Shown here: one piece after another, positions 12,411-27,203 of the stretch | Layout: each line of letters begins with the position of its first letter | How positions within the stretch are numbered: position 1 is the stretch's first letter | Made by a program: the position numbers and the translations under genes | Notes under the pieces: generated by a model | What the model was told of the DNA's origin: nothing | What the model saw: only the letters and a program-made list of their open reading frames with translations | The model's database searches: none | From: the human T2T-CHM13v2.0 reference genome, Homo sapiens | Assembly: GCF_009914755.1 (NCBI RefSeq) | Contig: NC_060927.1 | Direction: 5' to 3' (one strand) | Length of the DNA stretch: 64,000 nt

Positions 12411-13295
12411 GGCCCTGTTCTAGATGTGGAGTTTTTCCTCCAAGCCTACTCCAACTGTCACAAAAATGTGATGGATCTAAGACAAGTTTATACTAATGAT
12501 CTATGGAGGTTAGGGGGAACAGCTGAGCCCATAAACCCTATTCTTCATTAACCACTTTAAAAAAAATCAAGTTTCAAGTCATTTAACCTTCTAGCATGTA
12601 TGCACATTGTAGCCACACAATTACAAGAGCTAAAGCAACATAACTGTGAGGCTATATCATGGCAAAGCAACTAAAAGCTCAGTGACTCCATTAAAATTTT
12701 AAAGGAGTTAATCCTCTGGGAAGTGTTCCTATTAATTAAGTGAAGGTAAAATAAAATAGGTTTTACATTTATTCTCTGCAAGGAAGAAGGAGAGCCATAG
12801 CCTGAATGCAGAGGAGCTGTGTGATCATAGGTAAATACATCACCTCCTCAAGCAGTCGAAGGGTGAAAATTTTAGACCATTTATCTGCAAAGCAAACTAG
12901 GCCAATATTTGTTCATTCTTTCCTGGAAAAGTGAGGGTTTCATTCAAAAGTTTTTCACAAGGTCATAGGAATTTAACTCTTACAGACCCAGAATGCAACA
13001 TAGGAGACAGAAGGCCAAGCCTCAGTTGATACTGAGTTCAGTAATGATGCATCATGGAATGAATTAGAGAGGGAAACATTGTCTGGTGGAGTAGATCAAT
13101 GGCCATCCCAAAAACAGATTTTGGACCTTCTGTTCCCAATCCCCACCACATGTATATCATCTAGATATTTTGCATGCAATTTTTGAATTTATGGAGTAAT
13201 AGAGGGGGTATCCAATGGAGAAATCTGGTGTGCATGGGTTTCTCAAACCTGCTTGAAAAGATAACCCCTTTGCCAAGGTGTACAATACACAGACC

Positions 13296-13530
13296 ATATA
13301 TATATATATATTTTTTGAGACAGAGTCTAGCTGTCACCCAGGCTGGAGTGCAATGGCAGGATCTAGGCTCACTGCAACCTCCGCCTCCTAGGTTCAAGTG
13401 ATTCTCCTGCCTCAGCCTCCCAAGTAGCTGGGACTACAGGTGTGTGCCACCACGCCAGGCTAATTTTTGTATTTTTAGTAGAGATGGGGTTTTGCCATAT
13501 TGGCCAGGCTTGTCTTGAACTTCTGACCTC
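13296..13530 (-). mobile_element. 5'-truncated AluS with a (TA)n tail
   Basis: Right arm and part of the left arm, ending at ctgacctc. Confidence 0.93.
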
Positions 13531-13704
13531 TTCTGAAATTTTTCAAGGAAGAAAGACTGCAAAGAAAATGATCTATATTTTCTGTTTACCGTTGGTCTTT
13601 GGAGAGAGAAAATGTGTGCTCTATCAGTTTTAAGATGAACAATTAAGTAACAAATGAAATTTAAAAGTGAAGGCAAATGTTAATGAGGGAAAAATGTTGA
13701 TGGA

Positions 13705-14118
13705 ATGTGTCTTAGTTCAGGTTCCTTAAAAATAGTGTGAGGCAAGGATTCTTAAACAGTTGATTTATTGAAGTAGAAATGTGTAAGGAAACAAGGGAAG
13801 CAGATACTACAAGGAAGAAGCAGAGATGTGGGTATAGCTGAAATGAAGCCCCAACCTAATTCATGGGGAGGTGTGAGGTGTAAATGCCACTGCAAAATTG
13901 GCCTGTCTCAAGACAAGGACACTGGCCTTTTGCTCCTGTGCAGTGGCCATTCACTGACTACAGGACATCCCACAGGGAAGGCATAACCTTCCAGATATTT
14001 CTGAGTGAGGCAGCCTCTATTAGCAAAGGGCAATTTTCAGAAGGGAGTAGTTAACAGCTAACACTCACAACAACTGGGAGATGGGTGTGCTGGCCTGTTA
14101 AAGGAGGTCTAGATGCCT
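13705..14118 (-). mobile_element. ERVL solo LTR (LTR16/LTR33 family)
   Basis: tgtcttagttcaggttcc...gaggcaaggattc...tttattg...cagctaacactcac; similar to 18655-19125. Confidence 0.65.
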
Positions 14119-14277
14119 CATAAGAGCAGAAGAGTCAGGCAAGCAAATTTATTAGAATATAGATACAAAAGGAAACAGTCAAAATCAAAGTGAAAAAATA
14201 ATGAATAAAAAGAAACCACGGGGATCAAAACAAAGAGGAAGATGTGTCTTAGAAAAGTCGTGATTAAAAGAGTATAG

Positions 14278-14722
<445 letters not shown>

Positions 14723-14835
14723 AATGATACTGTATTGTATACTTGAAATTTGCTAAGACAATAGATCTTAAATGCTCTTATCACTCATACACACACACAC
14801 ACACACACAGAGGCAACTATGTGAGGTGATGAATC
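14723..14835 (+). mobile_element. L1MA 3'UTR fragment with (CA)n
   Basis: gtatacttgaaatttgctaaga...gatcttaaatg...aactatgtgaggtgatg. Confidence 0.75.
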
Positions 14836-14899
14836 CAAGTAAAAAAAAAAAAAAAAGAAATTTGTGTGAAATCCTAGAAGGAAGAGAATTCTAGATTGA

Positions 14900-15080
14900 A
14901 CTAACATTTATTAAGAGACAACCATCTGCCAACTGCTTTCTACAGCCACTATCCTATTTTACGGAAGAGAAAATTGAGGCTTGAAAGAAGTTATGTAAAG
15001 GACGCAAGAAAGTGGTAGAGTAAGAAAGTGATAGTATGTACTTGAACTCTCAGCCCTGGACTTTTTGCAGTTTGCCCATC
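14900..15080 (+). mobile_element. MIR fragment
   Basis: cctattttacggaagagaaaattgaggctt core. Confidence 0.6.
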
Positions 15081-15693
15081 ACGTGATTGATTTAATAAGA
15101 ACATATGAGCGGTGAAAGGGTTACCTGGTGTGAATTAAGGGTAGAGGAACATGAAGGTTGAGAGTGACCTTGGTCTACAAGGAGAAGGGAGTCTTAATGT
15201 AAATTGGTAGAGATCAACATGAAGCAGAGAGGCTGTAGAGGAAGAGTTGTCCATGCCACTGATGTTTTTATGGGAGGATGGCACTCTCTTCATCTTTTGT
15301 AATCAAACCAAAGAAAATATATTAGAGAGGGTTGTCAGAAAAGATACCTACATCAGTCTTCTGTTGGATGGCATTAGTTAGGAGCTAGGTTGGAGGCCCA
15401 TGCTGCTAAATTAATGAATATATCTTAATGATTCTTATCCAGGAAAGAAACCCAAACACTGATTTCAGTGGAAGGATCTTGCAGTAGTAGAAGATGAAAT
15501 AAAGTGGTGGGCCACAAAGGAATGACTGGATGCTGACATCCCTGGGAGGCATTATGGAGTAGAAGATTGATCTGTAAAGTGGGACAATTCAAGCACCAAA
15601 AGGCCAACTATTAACCTGCAAAAAGAGTCATAGAAGTTATATTTAAAATCCCTTGCAATCTAGAGCATATAAGAAACCACATAAACCTTTCTA

Positions 15694-16012
<319 letters not shown>

Positions 16013-16264
16013 TTAAATACAGATTGAGAGACATACCTTCATTCAGGCTATATATCAAATAGTGAGGGCCTCTTGAGAGAAAGTGGATGCCTTACATTCA
16101 TTTTCTCTCATCATTATGCAATGCCAAGTGGATTCTTAGCTAATGTTTAGTTTTAACCAAACCATCACTCACAAAATGGCTCCTCAAGACTTCTGCAAAG
16201 TGTGGATTTAAGAGGATTCTAATAATATAAACATAATAAAGAATGACAAAATAGATGACATGCA

Positions 16265-17803
16265 TTTTTATTTTTAAAATTTTATTTTGAATTCAGGGGG
16301 TACATGTACATGTTTGTTACTTGGGTATATTGTGTGCTGGTAGGGATTGGACTTCTAGTGAACCCATTACTTAATGAGTGAACTTTGTATCCGATAGATA
16401 ATTTTTCAACCCCCTTCTCTACTTTTGGAGTGCGCAGTATCTATTATTTCTATCTTTATGTCCATATATAGCCATTATTTGGCTTCCACTTGTAAATGAG
16501 AGCATGCAATATTTAATTTTCTGTTTTTGAGTTAGTTCACTTAGGGTAATGGCCTCTAGTTCTATCCTTGTTGCTGCAAAGGACATGATTTCATTCTATT
16601 TTATGGTTATATAGTATTCCATGATATGTATAGATGTATAAATATATGTATAGATGTATACACATGTATACATCTATACATACACACATATGTGATACAT
16701 GTGTATACACACAGATTTTCTTTATCAAGTCAACTGTTGATGGACACTTAGGTTGGTTCTGTGAATTGGCTATTGTGAATAGTGCTGCAATGAAGATACA
16801 AATGCAGGTGTCTTTTTTATATAATGATCTATTTTCCTTTGGATAGATACCCAGTAGTGAGATTGCTGAGTCAATTAGTTATATTTTTAGTTCTTTGAGA
16901 AATTTCCATACTGTTTTCCATAGAAGTTGAACTGATTTATATTCCCACCAACTGTGTATAAGTATTTCCTTTTCTCCACGTCCACACCAACATTTGTTGG
17001 TTTTTGATTTTTCAATATTAGCCATTCTGTCTGGTATAAGGTGATATCTCATTGTGGTTTTAATTTGCATTTCTCTGATTACTGATGTTGAACATTTTTT
17101 CATATGTTTATGGACTACCTGTACTACTTCTTTTGAGGTGTCTGTTCATGTCCTTTGCCCAACAGTGTATAAGCCAGTTTTTAATAAGGTGTTTTTTTCT
17201 TTTTTCTCATTGTTTGAGTTCCATGTAGATTTTGGATATAATCCTTGTCAGAGGCATAATTTCCAAATACATTCTCTTGTTCTGTAGATTATACGTTTAC
17301 TCTGTTGACTATTTCTTTTGCTGTGCAGAAGTCCTATGTGTCTTTTAAAAATGGCTGTTGCATTTGCTTTTGTGATCTTCATTATAAATTATTTTTCTAG
17401 GCCAATGTCCAGAAGAGTTTTTCCTAGGTTTTCTTCTAGGATTTTCATGGTTTCAGCTTTACATTTAAGTCTAATCTAATATATCTTGAGTTAATTTTTC
17501 TATATGGTGAGAGATAGGAGTCTAGTTTCATTCTTCTGCATATGGCTGGCCTGTTTCCCAGTATCATTTATTGAATACGGTCTTCTTTCTCCATTGTTTA
17601 TTTTTGTCAACTTTGCTGAAGATCAATTGTTTGTAGGCATATGGCTTCATTTCTGGCTTCCCTATTCTGTTACATTGGTGTATGTGTCTATTTTTGTACC
17701 AGTACCATGCTGTTTTGTTTATGCTAGCTTGTAGTGTAGTTTGAAGCCAGGCAATGTGGTGCCTCTGGATTTGTTCTTTTTGCTTAGATTGCTTTGGATA
17801 TTC
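16265..17803 (-). mobile_element. 5'-truncated L1PB/L1PA15-16-like element
   Basis: ggggtacatgtacatgtttgttac 3' end; ORFs [22 protein letters not shown] and KTAWYWYKNRHIHQ. Confidence 0.9.
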
Positions 17804-18654
17804 TGGAGACATGAGTTTCATTCTTACTTCTTTACTGGTATTATGATATTTTTAAAAAACTACTCATATTTAAAAAGTGACCTAAAATAATTAGAACTTT
17901 ATATATTGGGTATCTAGATTATTATAGGTATGACTAATCAGAAAAGTTAAAAAATTATTGGTAGAGCACTATTCACTATCCACTGTTTGCCTCAAGGGCA
18001 GACAAGTCTGTGGTGCTGTTTATGACCCAGCAGCTCCCTTGGATCAAACCAAGTTTGACTTTATCCTGCTTCCTTATCTTCTACTACTTAGCTCCCTAAG
18101 CAGAAAACATTGTACAAAAAAAGACACCTGCACTAGTTTGCCCCAGGGTCTGAGTTTTAAGTAACCTAGGACAAGTTAGAGAGCTTCTGTGTACTTCAGT
18201 TTTCTCATCTGTGAAGTAGGGACAATAATCTCAGATCTTAAAAGAGGTAAAGTTTTAAAAGCACATAGGTTGGTTCCTGGCACAATTGGTATGTAAAAAT
18301 AAATTAGCTCCCTTTGTTTTCCTTTCTAGCCAGTCCAGTATTGAATTTTATCATGTTTTTGTTTCTCTAATCCAGTATTAAGTAAGCAATGTAAATTAAA
18401 TCCCAGGAAGATATCTGTAATTTAATTAATTTTTGTCTCATTTCATTTGAAACTAGAATGGGGGCCAGCAGTCATCATGAAATGCATCCTTTATACTGGA
18501 GTCAGGCATAAAGAAATGGGTTAATAAGCTTGTATCATTGAAATCAATAATTGCTAGTAGTGTGTTGCCATGCTTGCTGCACTTTTTACTGATACTAATA
18601 CATGCATAATATTTGACTTGTGGAAACAGACTGAAAAATGTGGGTTTCATCAGA

Positions 18655-19125
18655 TTTCAGGTTGGGTTCTCCAAAAGCAGAGCCTTACTCAAGGATTTTG
18701 TGCTTGTGGCTCATTGAGGGTATTTTCACAAAACAAAAGACAACCAACAAGCCAGAGAAGAAAAAACTCCCATCATCATAAGGAAGGGAGCTAAGTAGAA
18801 TAAGGCAGGGGAAGGGACAAAGCAAGGTAAAGTCTAAACATGGTCTGTTCCAAGGGGGGCTCTGGGTCATAAAAGCACCACAGAATTGTCTGGCCTTGAG
18901 GCAACTAAATAGGTCAGTAGCCAATAAGATGGCTACTTATTTTGGGGGAGGGAGGTGAGGGAGGACTATAACTTCCCTCCCCAGGTGACTGCTATCAGTC
19001 TGGGGTGAATTTTTCAGAGAAGAAGGCAGCTGTGAGCTGCTAGTAGCCAACACTCACTGCAGCTGAGGAATTAGTGCCCAGGTCTGTTAAAGAGGGTGTG
19101 GGTGGGGCACACAGTGTCTTCAAAC
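18655..19125 (-). mobile_element. ERVL solo LTR (LTR33/LTR16 family)
   Basis: ttgggttctccaaaagcagagcc...caaggatttt...gcagctgtgagctgctagtagccaacactcac. Confidence 0.65.
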
Positions 19126-19243
19126 TACCATCAGATGAACAAATCTAAGTTTTCAGGAGAACCTTCTTACTGTCATATGTATGTATCGGCAACACGATGT
19201 ATTGTGTTTAGTGCAATAGTAAGCCTCCTCTTCATAGCCCACA

Positions 19244-19499
19244 GTATTGCTGTCCAATAGAATATAAAATGGAAAATAAAAGTATTTTTAAATTTTCTAG
19301 TTGCCTCATTAAAAATTAACATGAAACAGATGTACTTAAATAATATATTTCACTTTAATTCAATATATCCAAACATTATCATACTAATATGTAATCTAAA
19401 GCTTATTAATGACATTTTCATTCTTATTTTAGCAGTAACTGTTCAAAATCTGGGGTGATTTTAAAATGTAGTTGAGGGCTATTATATTGAACAGCACTG
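19244..19499. mobile_element. MER33-like hAT-Charlie element
   Basis: TIR-like gctgtccaatag ... tattgaacagcactg; aaattttctagttgcc. Confidence 0.75.
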
Positions 19500-19639
19500 G
19501 ACCTCAGAGTCTATAGGAGTGGTCGACTTCAAAGCTGTTGCTTTGTTGTCAGATCTTAAGCAATAAATTCTGATTTTATTCTTCATTGACAGCATACACT
19601 TGAGGAAGTAGGGTAAAGTGATAGGCATACCTTTTAGGA

Positions 19640-19850
19640 GAAGTAGGGAAACATGGGCTTTGGAGTTAAGTAGGCCTGGTTCTAAATTCTCATTCTGCTA
19701 CTTCTGATCTTGGCTAATGTATTTGCCCCAATTTATTAGACTCTGTTTCCTCAAATGAGAAATAGCATAATATTTACACGGCAGAGTTAAGCATTAAAGA
19801 AAATGTGCCCTAAGTTTCCAACGCACACCTGGTCTGAAAGAGGTGCTCAG
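19640..19850 (-). mobile_element. MIR
   Basis: gggctttggagtt...ctctgtttcctcaaatg...gtgctcagtaa. Confidence 0.7.
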
Positions 19851-20057
19851 TAAGCCAGCAGTTAGTGCCTTCTCCTATGGCTGATGGAGTGTGTGTCTCC
19901 ATGTGGAGAAGAAATGTAGATTAATCTTCCTCCATTTTCTCTCACTTCTGTGCTCTCCATCTCTTCATTACTTTTATTTTTCATTGCGTATTCTCACTTT
20001 CTGCTTTCTTTCCTATTCTGTATCTTTTCATTCAAAAATGAATTTATTATCATTCTT

Positions 20058-20190
20058 ATGTTTATTTAGAGATAGTGTCTTGCTATGTTGCCCATGCTGA
20101 ATTTGAACACCTGTGCTTTAAGTAATTGATCCTCCCACATCAGCCTCCTGAATAGCTGGGACTATAGACGCTCACCACAACACTCAGCTT
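20058..20190 (-). mobile_element. FLAM/AluJ monomer
   Basis: gtcttgctatgttgccc...gatcctcccac...tagctgggactatag. Confidence 0.75.
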
Positions 20191-20845
20191 TCACTCACAA
20201 ATTTAAATAAAACATTGTTTTGAGGCTAAATTATTTTATTACAAAGATTTTCAAAGATTAAAACTGCCTTAGAGGCCTAGTTCAAGTCCCATCTTATTTT
20301 AGAGATGAAGACACTTGTTTGAATGCTTCTTTCCTTTCTTGTTTCCTTCCTTCCCTTTCTCTGTGTGCTGGCTCCCCTCTGTAAGCTCATGGTCTTCACT
20401 ATGAAAATCGTCTTGGGTTTTGATGTTGGTTATTTTTGCAAGGCAGACCACTGGAACCATAGTTTAACAAATAAAAGATCAGCTCCTCTTACACTTTATG
20501 CCAAAACAAGCCTTGTGAGCATTACAGAAAAACAATCAACAAACATTACTTCCATGATTAATCACTGTAATGAATATTAATAACACAGCTGATATGAGCT
20601 CAGCTTTCTTTCATTTACTAACATTGAAGGTTCTTAAATGTTTGCAATTTAGTTCACATGCTTCTTTTTAAGTTAATTTTTTGCTTGAGTAATGCTCTAG
20701 GAAAGAACAACAGCCAAATCTGGGTGGCTTTGCAATTGGTAGTGGTCTTATGTAAACAGAAGCCTTCATATACATTGTAAATTTGCCCATGGTTCACACT
20801 TATTAAGTGTTCTCAGTGAACTATGAGCACATTTACAACACTGGG

Positions 20846-20985
20846 CAACACTGTCCAATAGAAATATAATGTTGATCACATGTGTAATTTTAAATTTTCT
20901 AGTAGCCACATTAAAAAGTAAAAAAAGACAAAAATTAATGTAAAAAATATATTTTATCTAACTTAATATGATCCAATAAGTAACA
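20846..20985. mobile_element. MER33 partial
   Basis: ctgtccaatagaaatataatg...aaattttctagtagccacattaaaaag. Confidence 0.8.
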
Positions 20986-21899
20986 TATTTTCTCAGTACA
21001 TCTATAGCCAACCCTCCTAGGTTTTCTTGAAGAAAATGAAAATTGTATTCTGAATGATTTACAGAAGTCAAGCCCCATTATAGTAAGCAAAACTTGATAG
21101 ACAACTTCTCCAACTCTGAACATGAGATGGTCAAAGCAAGGTTAGACCTATGATAATTAGGGTGGTCGGGTTCAGATATATCTAACTTCTGGAGGTTGTG
21201 TAGGAGGGCAGGAAGTCATGCTTAGACAAGGAATGAGCTAATTAATGATCCTATTTAAAGGTCAGCCATTTACTTTTTCAATAGCCTAGTGACATTTATC
21301 CTAAGTCACTTAAGAAATGTTATAAAATGTCACAGATTCATGTAGCATTGCCATATGGAGGGCTTGGATCCTAAAATTGGTCTGCACAGGACTGTGTCTC
21401 TATATTGATAATATAATCAGAGGAAGCTGTTTCGGTTAGAACAGGAATTGCAAGTTAGCATCCGCATTTTGACAGCTTAATTTTATTCAGTACTCTAATT
21501 CTCTGCAGAACTTATAGATCCTCATACTGATTTGCCAGAATGGGGGAATTTTGTCCATTAAAATGTGATTTAGGATTGGGAGCACAAAGTGGCCTTCTAA
21601 GATCTCATGCCAGAGACTGACACAGATACAAGGGAATGGATGAATTTAGGGTGTCAAATTGTTGATGCATTCACACTTTTAATATTTGACAGGACTACAA
21701 ACAAAAACGTTTTTCTGTGTAGTAAATTAGTTCTATTACTAGATAAATTCCCTTAAGTAATGGAGATTGTGAAAAATGTTACAGAAATTCTAGAGGAGGA
21801 TCAAAGTTGAGGAGGAAGTAACAGTGACCAGAGTTGGAAAATAACTATTAAGGTGGAACCAAAAAACTCAGAAGATTGACAAAATGTCAGACTAGCAAA

Positions 21900-22329
21900 T
21901 GTGGTAGACATTTTCTGTGGCCATCCATCATCCTGTTTATCTTCTTTTGGCAGTATTACCCTGAATTCCATAGGAAAAATATTTCTTCCCCATTGCATAG
22001 TATCTGTGGTAGGATTGTCAACCGCATGTTCTTGCACTGCACTACCCTAGGAAAGTAGTGGACTCATGTTCCAAGCCATGTTGATTGGTCTTTCCATCCT
22101 GACTTTCTGAGTTCTGAGTGGACAGATTCAATGGCAGAAAAATGACTTGGAACTGATTAATTCTGGGAGCATGCTCTGAAGAGACCATAATCATTTTCTT
22201 CCTAGAACCCCTGTTCTGTTCAGTTTCAATTCCAGTTTCTAAGTTTTCCTTTGACTAAGAGTTACACAGTATCCTTCCAATAAATTCCCTTTTGTATACG
22301 GCAACTAGAGCCATATTATTAGCTTATCA
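21900..22329 (+). mobile_element. MLT1 (MaLR) LTR
   Basis: tgtggtagac start; ttccaataaattcccttt poly(A)-signal region. Confidence 0.6.
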
Positions 22330-22548
22330 CAGGAGTAAGCAAACCATAGCCCAGGGTTCAATATGGCCCACCACTTATTTTTTTGCAAATAAAGTTTTAT
22401 TAGAACCCATAAATGTACATGCATTTAAGTATTATCTATGCTTACATGCCATAACAACTGAAGTGAGTAGTTGTGATAGAAATCTTATGACCCAAGAACC
22501 TAAAATATTTAACACCTGGTCTTTTAAGAAAAAAATTGCTTACCCCTA
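22330..22548. mobile_element. MER58A hAT element with a perfect 8-bp TSD
   Basis: gcttatca at 22322-22329 and 22549-22556; aaataaagttttattagaac core. Confidence 0.88.
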
Positions 22549-22557
22549 GCTTATCAA

Positions 22558-23000
22558 ATGTCTTAGAATGAGTTGTCTCAGAAGCAGACCCTGAAACAAA
22601 CATTTGATTGCTAGTAGTTTACAAGTTGATCCCATGAGGAGTGAGGAAGTGAGATAAGGAAGAAAACGAAGCAATGAACCCTACATTCCCAAGCAGGTTC
22701 CTGCAGTGTGCAAATAGCTCAATACCATTGGAAAACAGCGTAGAAATGTTTCAGAGTTTTTCCACCTGTCGATTGAGTGAGACAGGGTATTTACATACTT
22801 ACTCCTGAGGCCAGCTTGCAAAGTCATTAACTCTCCTGGGCCTGCCTGGAAATTAGCAGAATGGGCTCCACCAGACAGGACAAAAGCTCTGTGGCACACA
22901 CCATCTCTTGCCCCAATTATAGAAGCCTTAGAGTTATAATGCCCAGAAATGGTGAGTGCTGAGAGCTTTATAAGCAGGGCACGAATAGTGTCTGCCACTC
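22558..23000 (-). mobile_element. ERVL solo LTR (LTR16/33/41-like)
   Basis: tgtcttag...cagaagcagaccctgaaacaa...tagtagttt...gatccc. Confidence 0.6.
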
Positions 23001-23269
23001 CAAAAATCTTAGCTGGTAGGCAAGTTAGAAAACAAGCTCTTGGTGAGATTAATGCCCCTTCTCTTTTCCAGGGAACATAATTGTGTTAGTTCCATCATGA
23101 TGAATGCAACTAACTCCTTGGGGAGGATGGAGTTGGGGAATATGTGTATTAGAAAAAACATTAGCATCAGAGCCTAGGAAGTTGGATTTTGGTCCTGCTT
23201 TGGATTCTATTATTTATTGGCTATGGTAAACTTTAACCAAGTTATCTTTTTTCTCTGGGTATCTCAACC

Positions 23270-23480
23270 TTCAGCAAACTGGTAGGGGTTTATTTACAGA
23301 ACAGTTCAGCAGGATTCCAAGAGAATGAGCAGAAGAATGTAAACTCTTGAGGCCTGGGCTCAGCTCTGGCACCCCAAAACTTCCATTGTATTCTACGGCT
23401 AAAGCAAAATACAAAAACCAGGTCATATTCAAAGGAAGGGGGAGATAAACCACATTGCACACCACTATTTTGCAGTTATA
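23270..23480 (-). mobile_element. MLT1 fragment
   Basis: ttccaagagaatgagcagaag...cttgaggcctgggctc...aaagcaa...attcaaagg. Confidence 0.6.
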
Positions 23481-23637
23481 CTTCATTGCAAAGGGGTATG
23501 GACACACAGAGAGATGGAGAATGGGAGCTATTTTGCAGTTTGCTGTACAAGCCACGGCAGACTGCACATGGATAGTTGCACCACTGCACGCCCTAGTGTG
23601 TGAGTACAATTTCTCTTCAAGTTCCTTTTCTGCTGAA

Positions 23638-23898
23638 CTTTTTTTTTGTTCTTTGTTCTTTGTTCTTTGTTTTTGAGACACAGTCCACCTCCTGGGTTCA
23701 AGCAATTCTCCTGCCTCAGTCTCCCGAGTAGCTGGGACTACAGGTGCACGCCACCACGCCCAATTAATTTTTGTATTTTTGGTAGAGACGGGTTTCACCG
23801 TGTTGGCCAGGATGGTCTTGATTTCTTGAACTCGTGATCCGCCCGCCTTGGCCTCCCAAAATGCTGGCATTACAGGTGTAAGCCACTGTACCTCACCT
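23638..23898 (-). mobile_element. AluS (Sc-like) with an internal deletion in the right arm
   Basis: gagacacagtc joins directly to cacctcctgggttcaag; roughly 60 bp of consensus missing. Confidence 0.9.
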
Positions 23899-24057
23899 GC
23901 TATGAGTTCTTCTATTAAATACTTTGAAAATTTAGGAAGAGACAGCAATCAGGTTCATGGTGTTCTCAATAGGGCAGACTTCTCCAACTGTCCCCTGAAC
24001 CTTGTAGTTATGTGATCAAAAAGCAAATATTTTATCTTTTGACCCTCTAACAGAAAT

Positions 24058-24190
24058 ATTATGTGTATATATATATATACACACATAATATTTTATAAAT
24101 ATTAATATATATAAATATATGATGTATATAATTATATAATGTATAATATATAAATAATAACTTATATATATATATATATTATATATAAAA
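24058..24190. repeat. AT-rich/(TA)n low-complexity tract
   Basis: Directly visible. Confidence 0.9.
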
Positions 24191-25559
24191 CCTTTCTTCT
24201 TGGGGATATCTTTCCCCTTGTTAATAGAATATGGAAATAATCAGAACAAATAGTTTCTCCTTACCAGGGATCTAGCATTTGAGTGCCAGAGTTAAGGACC
24301 AGAAACTAGAAGTTTTCAGTTCATTGGCACAGTTATACCTAAAATAAGAAGCACTGAATTCATTAGTCATGCTTCCTGGCTGTCATTTTTGATTTGGGCA
24401 TCCAGTCTCAAGGAAAGAGGTAGCATGGCAAGGAAACTGGAAAACACATGGGCTGTTGAGTCAAATGGGCTATATTCCATCTACCCCTTGCTAGCTATTT
24501 ACTTTGTAGTGAAGGGAACATTCCATCTTGAACCCCAGGCTGGCTGACATTTTAGGGTGTATTAGGGGGAGATAGTAGAGCAGGAACAATTCAGGCATGT
24601 CTGTAGGGAAAATTTATCCTAGGGAAGTTGAAGTTTAGATCCACAGGATTGGGCCCAAATTTATTCTAGGGATCCACAGGCTTGGGCCCTACTGATGATT
24701 TCATTGTAAGAGATAGGGGATGTCTTGAATGGAAAGCTCATTGTCCGTACTTAGACTTGTCTTCCTGCCCAGCACTATGGACTTAGAGCTAAACTCCATG
24801 GAGAGGAGGCTTCAAGTAAAATTCTGAGGGTTGTTATCCCCTATCTGCAAGACATTAGAGTTTCTGGTAGCAATGCTGGTAATTCTCTAATAGGAGAGGC
24901 ACAAAAGGAAGATGAACACAGCATAACTTGCAGGTGGAGAGGGCTTCAGATGACAGGCCAGAGCAAGAAGTGTGGAGAAAACCGAGGAGTTAGAAAGCAA
25001 TGGATACCAGCTTTTTCCTAGAAAATGGCAGCAGCAGAGTAGGGTCTGGGGACCTTGTCTAGCTAAGATGTCAGCAGATGTCACTGAGAGTATCCAGATA
25101 GATTGAGGAGGAATAAGTCAGCACACATGAGACACTCTCTGGGGGCTAATTTTCAGTAAAGTTTTTGTCAGAAGAGGGCATCCTTCATTGGCAGCTGGTG
25201 CAACTGGTGTTAACGTCAGAGAAATATGGATTCTGAATGACTATGTCATGCCAGAGGAAAAAGGCATGGAGCTCGTGCCAACATGTACAGCACTATAGTT
25301 GGCAAGTCATTATACCTACCTAAAAAGAGTCCAGAGTCCAGTGGGAGAGACAAGATTGCGAGAGATCTATTCATTAAGGTTGGCAGCAAGGGCAGGGGGG
25401 TGGAAAGGAGATCAAGGCAACTCCACCTGGCTGGAAATGGGATGGTCAGGCAAAGCTTCAAAGTGCAATGTGGGCACAGTGCTTGAAGGGTGAACAGCAG
25501 TTTGTCAAGCAAAAGAGGATCTGCGAATGTGTGCATATGCATGTGTACACACGTGTGCA

Positions 25560-26010
25560 TGCTCTCTTTTACTTCCCTGTGCCTAAGTCTCATCTCCAGC
25601 TTGGGGTTATTTATGCTCTATATGTTGGTTGTGAGAATGGAGCACAATAACATATGTAAAAATTCCTTTGCAAATGATCAAGTATTAAAAAGGTCATTTA
25701 ATGATGATAAAAGTAGTACAGTGAAAGCCTTGTTAATACTGTATCATTCAATCAAGTCTGTGGCAATGGATAATATTACTGAAGCGTTTAATATGTCACA
25801 AGCTTTATTCTGAGAGCTTTATATGAATTAATTCAAATTACTCCTCACAATATTCCTTGATAGGGGTACTAATATTATTTCCATTTTGTAGATGATACAA
25901 CAGAGGCACAGACAGGCTTACTCAGATCACATTGCCAGTGAATAATGGATCCAGGATTCAAGTTGGCATTTTGACCCAAATCTGCAGCCTTAACCATGAT
26001 GACACACTGT
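25560..26010. mobile_element. Two MIR fragments (minus, then plus)
   Basis: cttccctgtgcctaagtctcatc; ccattttgtagatgatacaacagaggcacaga...ccaggattcaa. Confidence 0.65.
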
Positions 26011-26469
26011 CCCTGTATGTATTATTTCTAATGCTGCCTGACGCACATATTCTAGCTACCACATAATAAACATTCATTGATTATTACTACCTGTCTGTAA
26101 TTCTAATTACTGCAGATATTGCATTGAGCAAAACAAAATTTTTCCCTTCAAGGAGCTGACTCTATCTTCTATCCTAATGAAGGATACATATAATTAGCAG
26201 GTAAATAATATGTCCAGTTGTGAAAAATTCTAAGAAGCAAAAGCAAAGCAGGCAAAGGGCAGAGATGGAGAGAATGTGATGTTAGCTAGAGTAGATAGAG
26301 GGGCTGTCTCTCATGTGATGAGGAAGGATAAAGAAGGGTTGAAGGAATTTGTCTGTCTAGAGAAAGAACATTCCAGGCAGAGGAATGGATGCTAAGACCG
26401 TAAGATGGGATGGTGTTTTTAGTGTTTAAGGCATCATATGATGGCAAACATGGATAAAAGGGAGGGAGC

Positions 26470-26767
<298 letters not shown>

Positions 26768-26847
26768 TAGGAAAAGGGCAAGGACAAGAATGATAGGAGA
26801 TATGAGAGACATAGCAGAGGCAAGATCCTGCATGTCTGCGTGGTTAG

Positions 26848-27203
<356 letters not shown>

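Noticed and set aside
23271-23948. Longest ORF (225 aa, minus strand)
   Set aside because: It reads through an Alu ([17 protein letters not shown]) and an MLT1 fragment, has a non-ATG start, and is a chance ORF.
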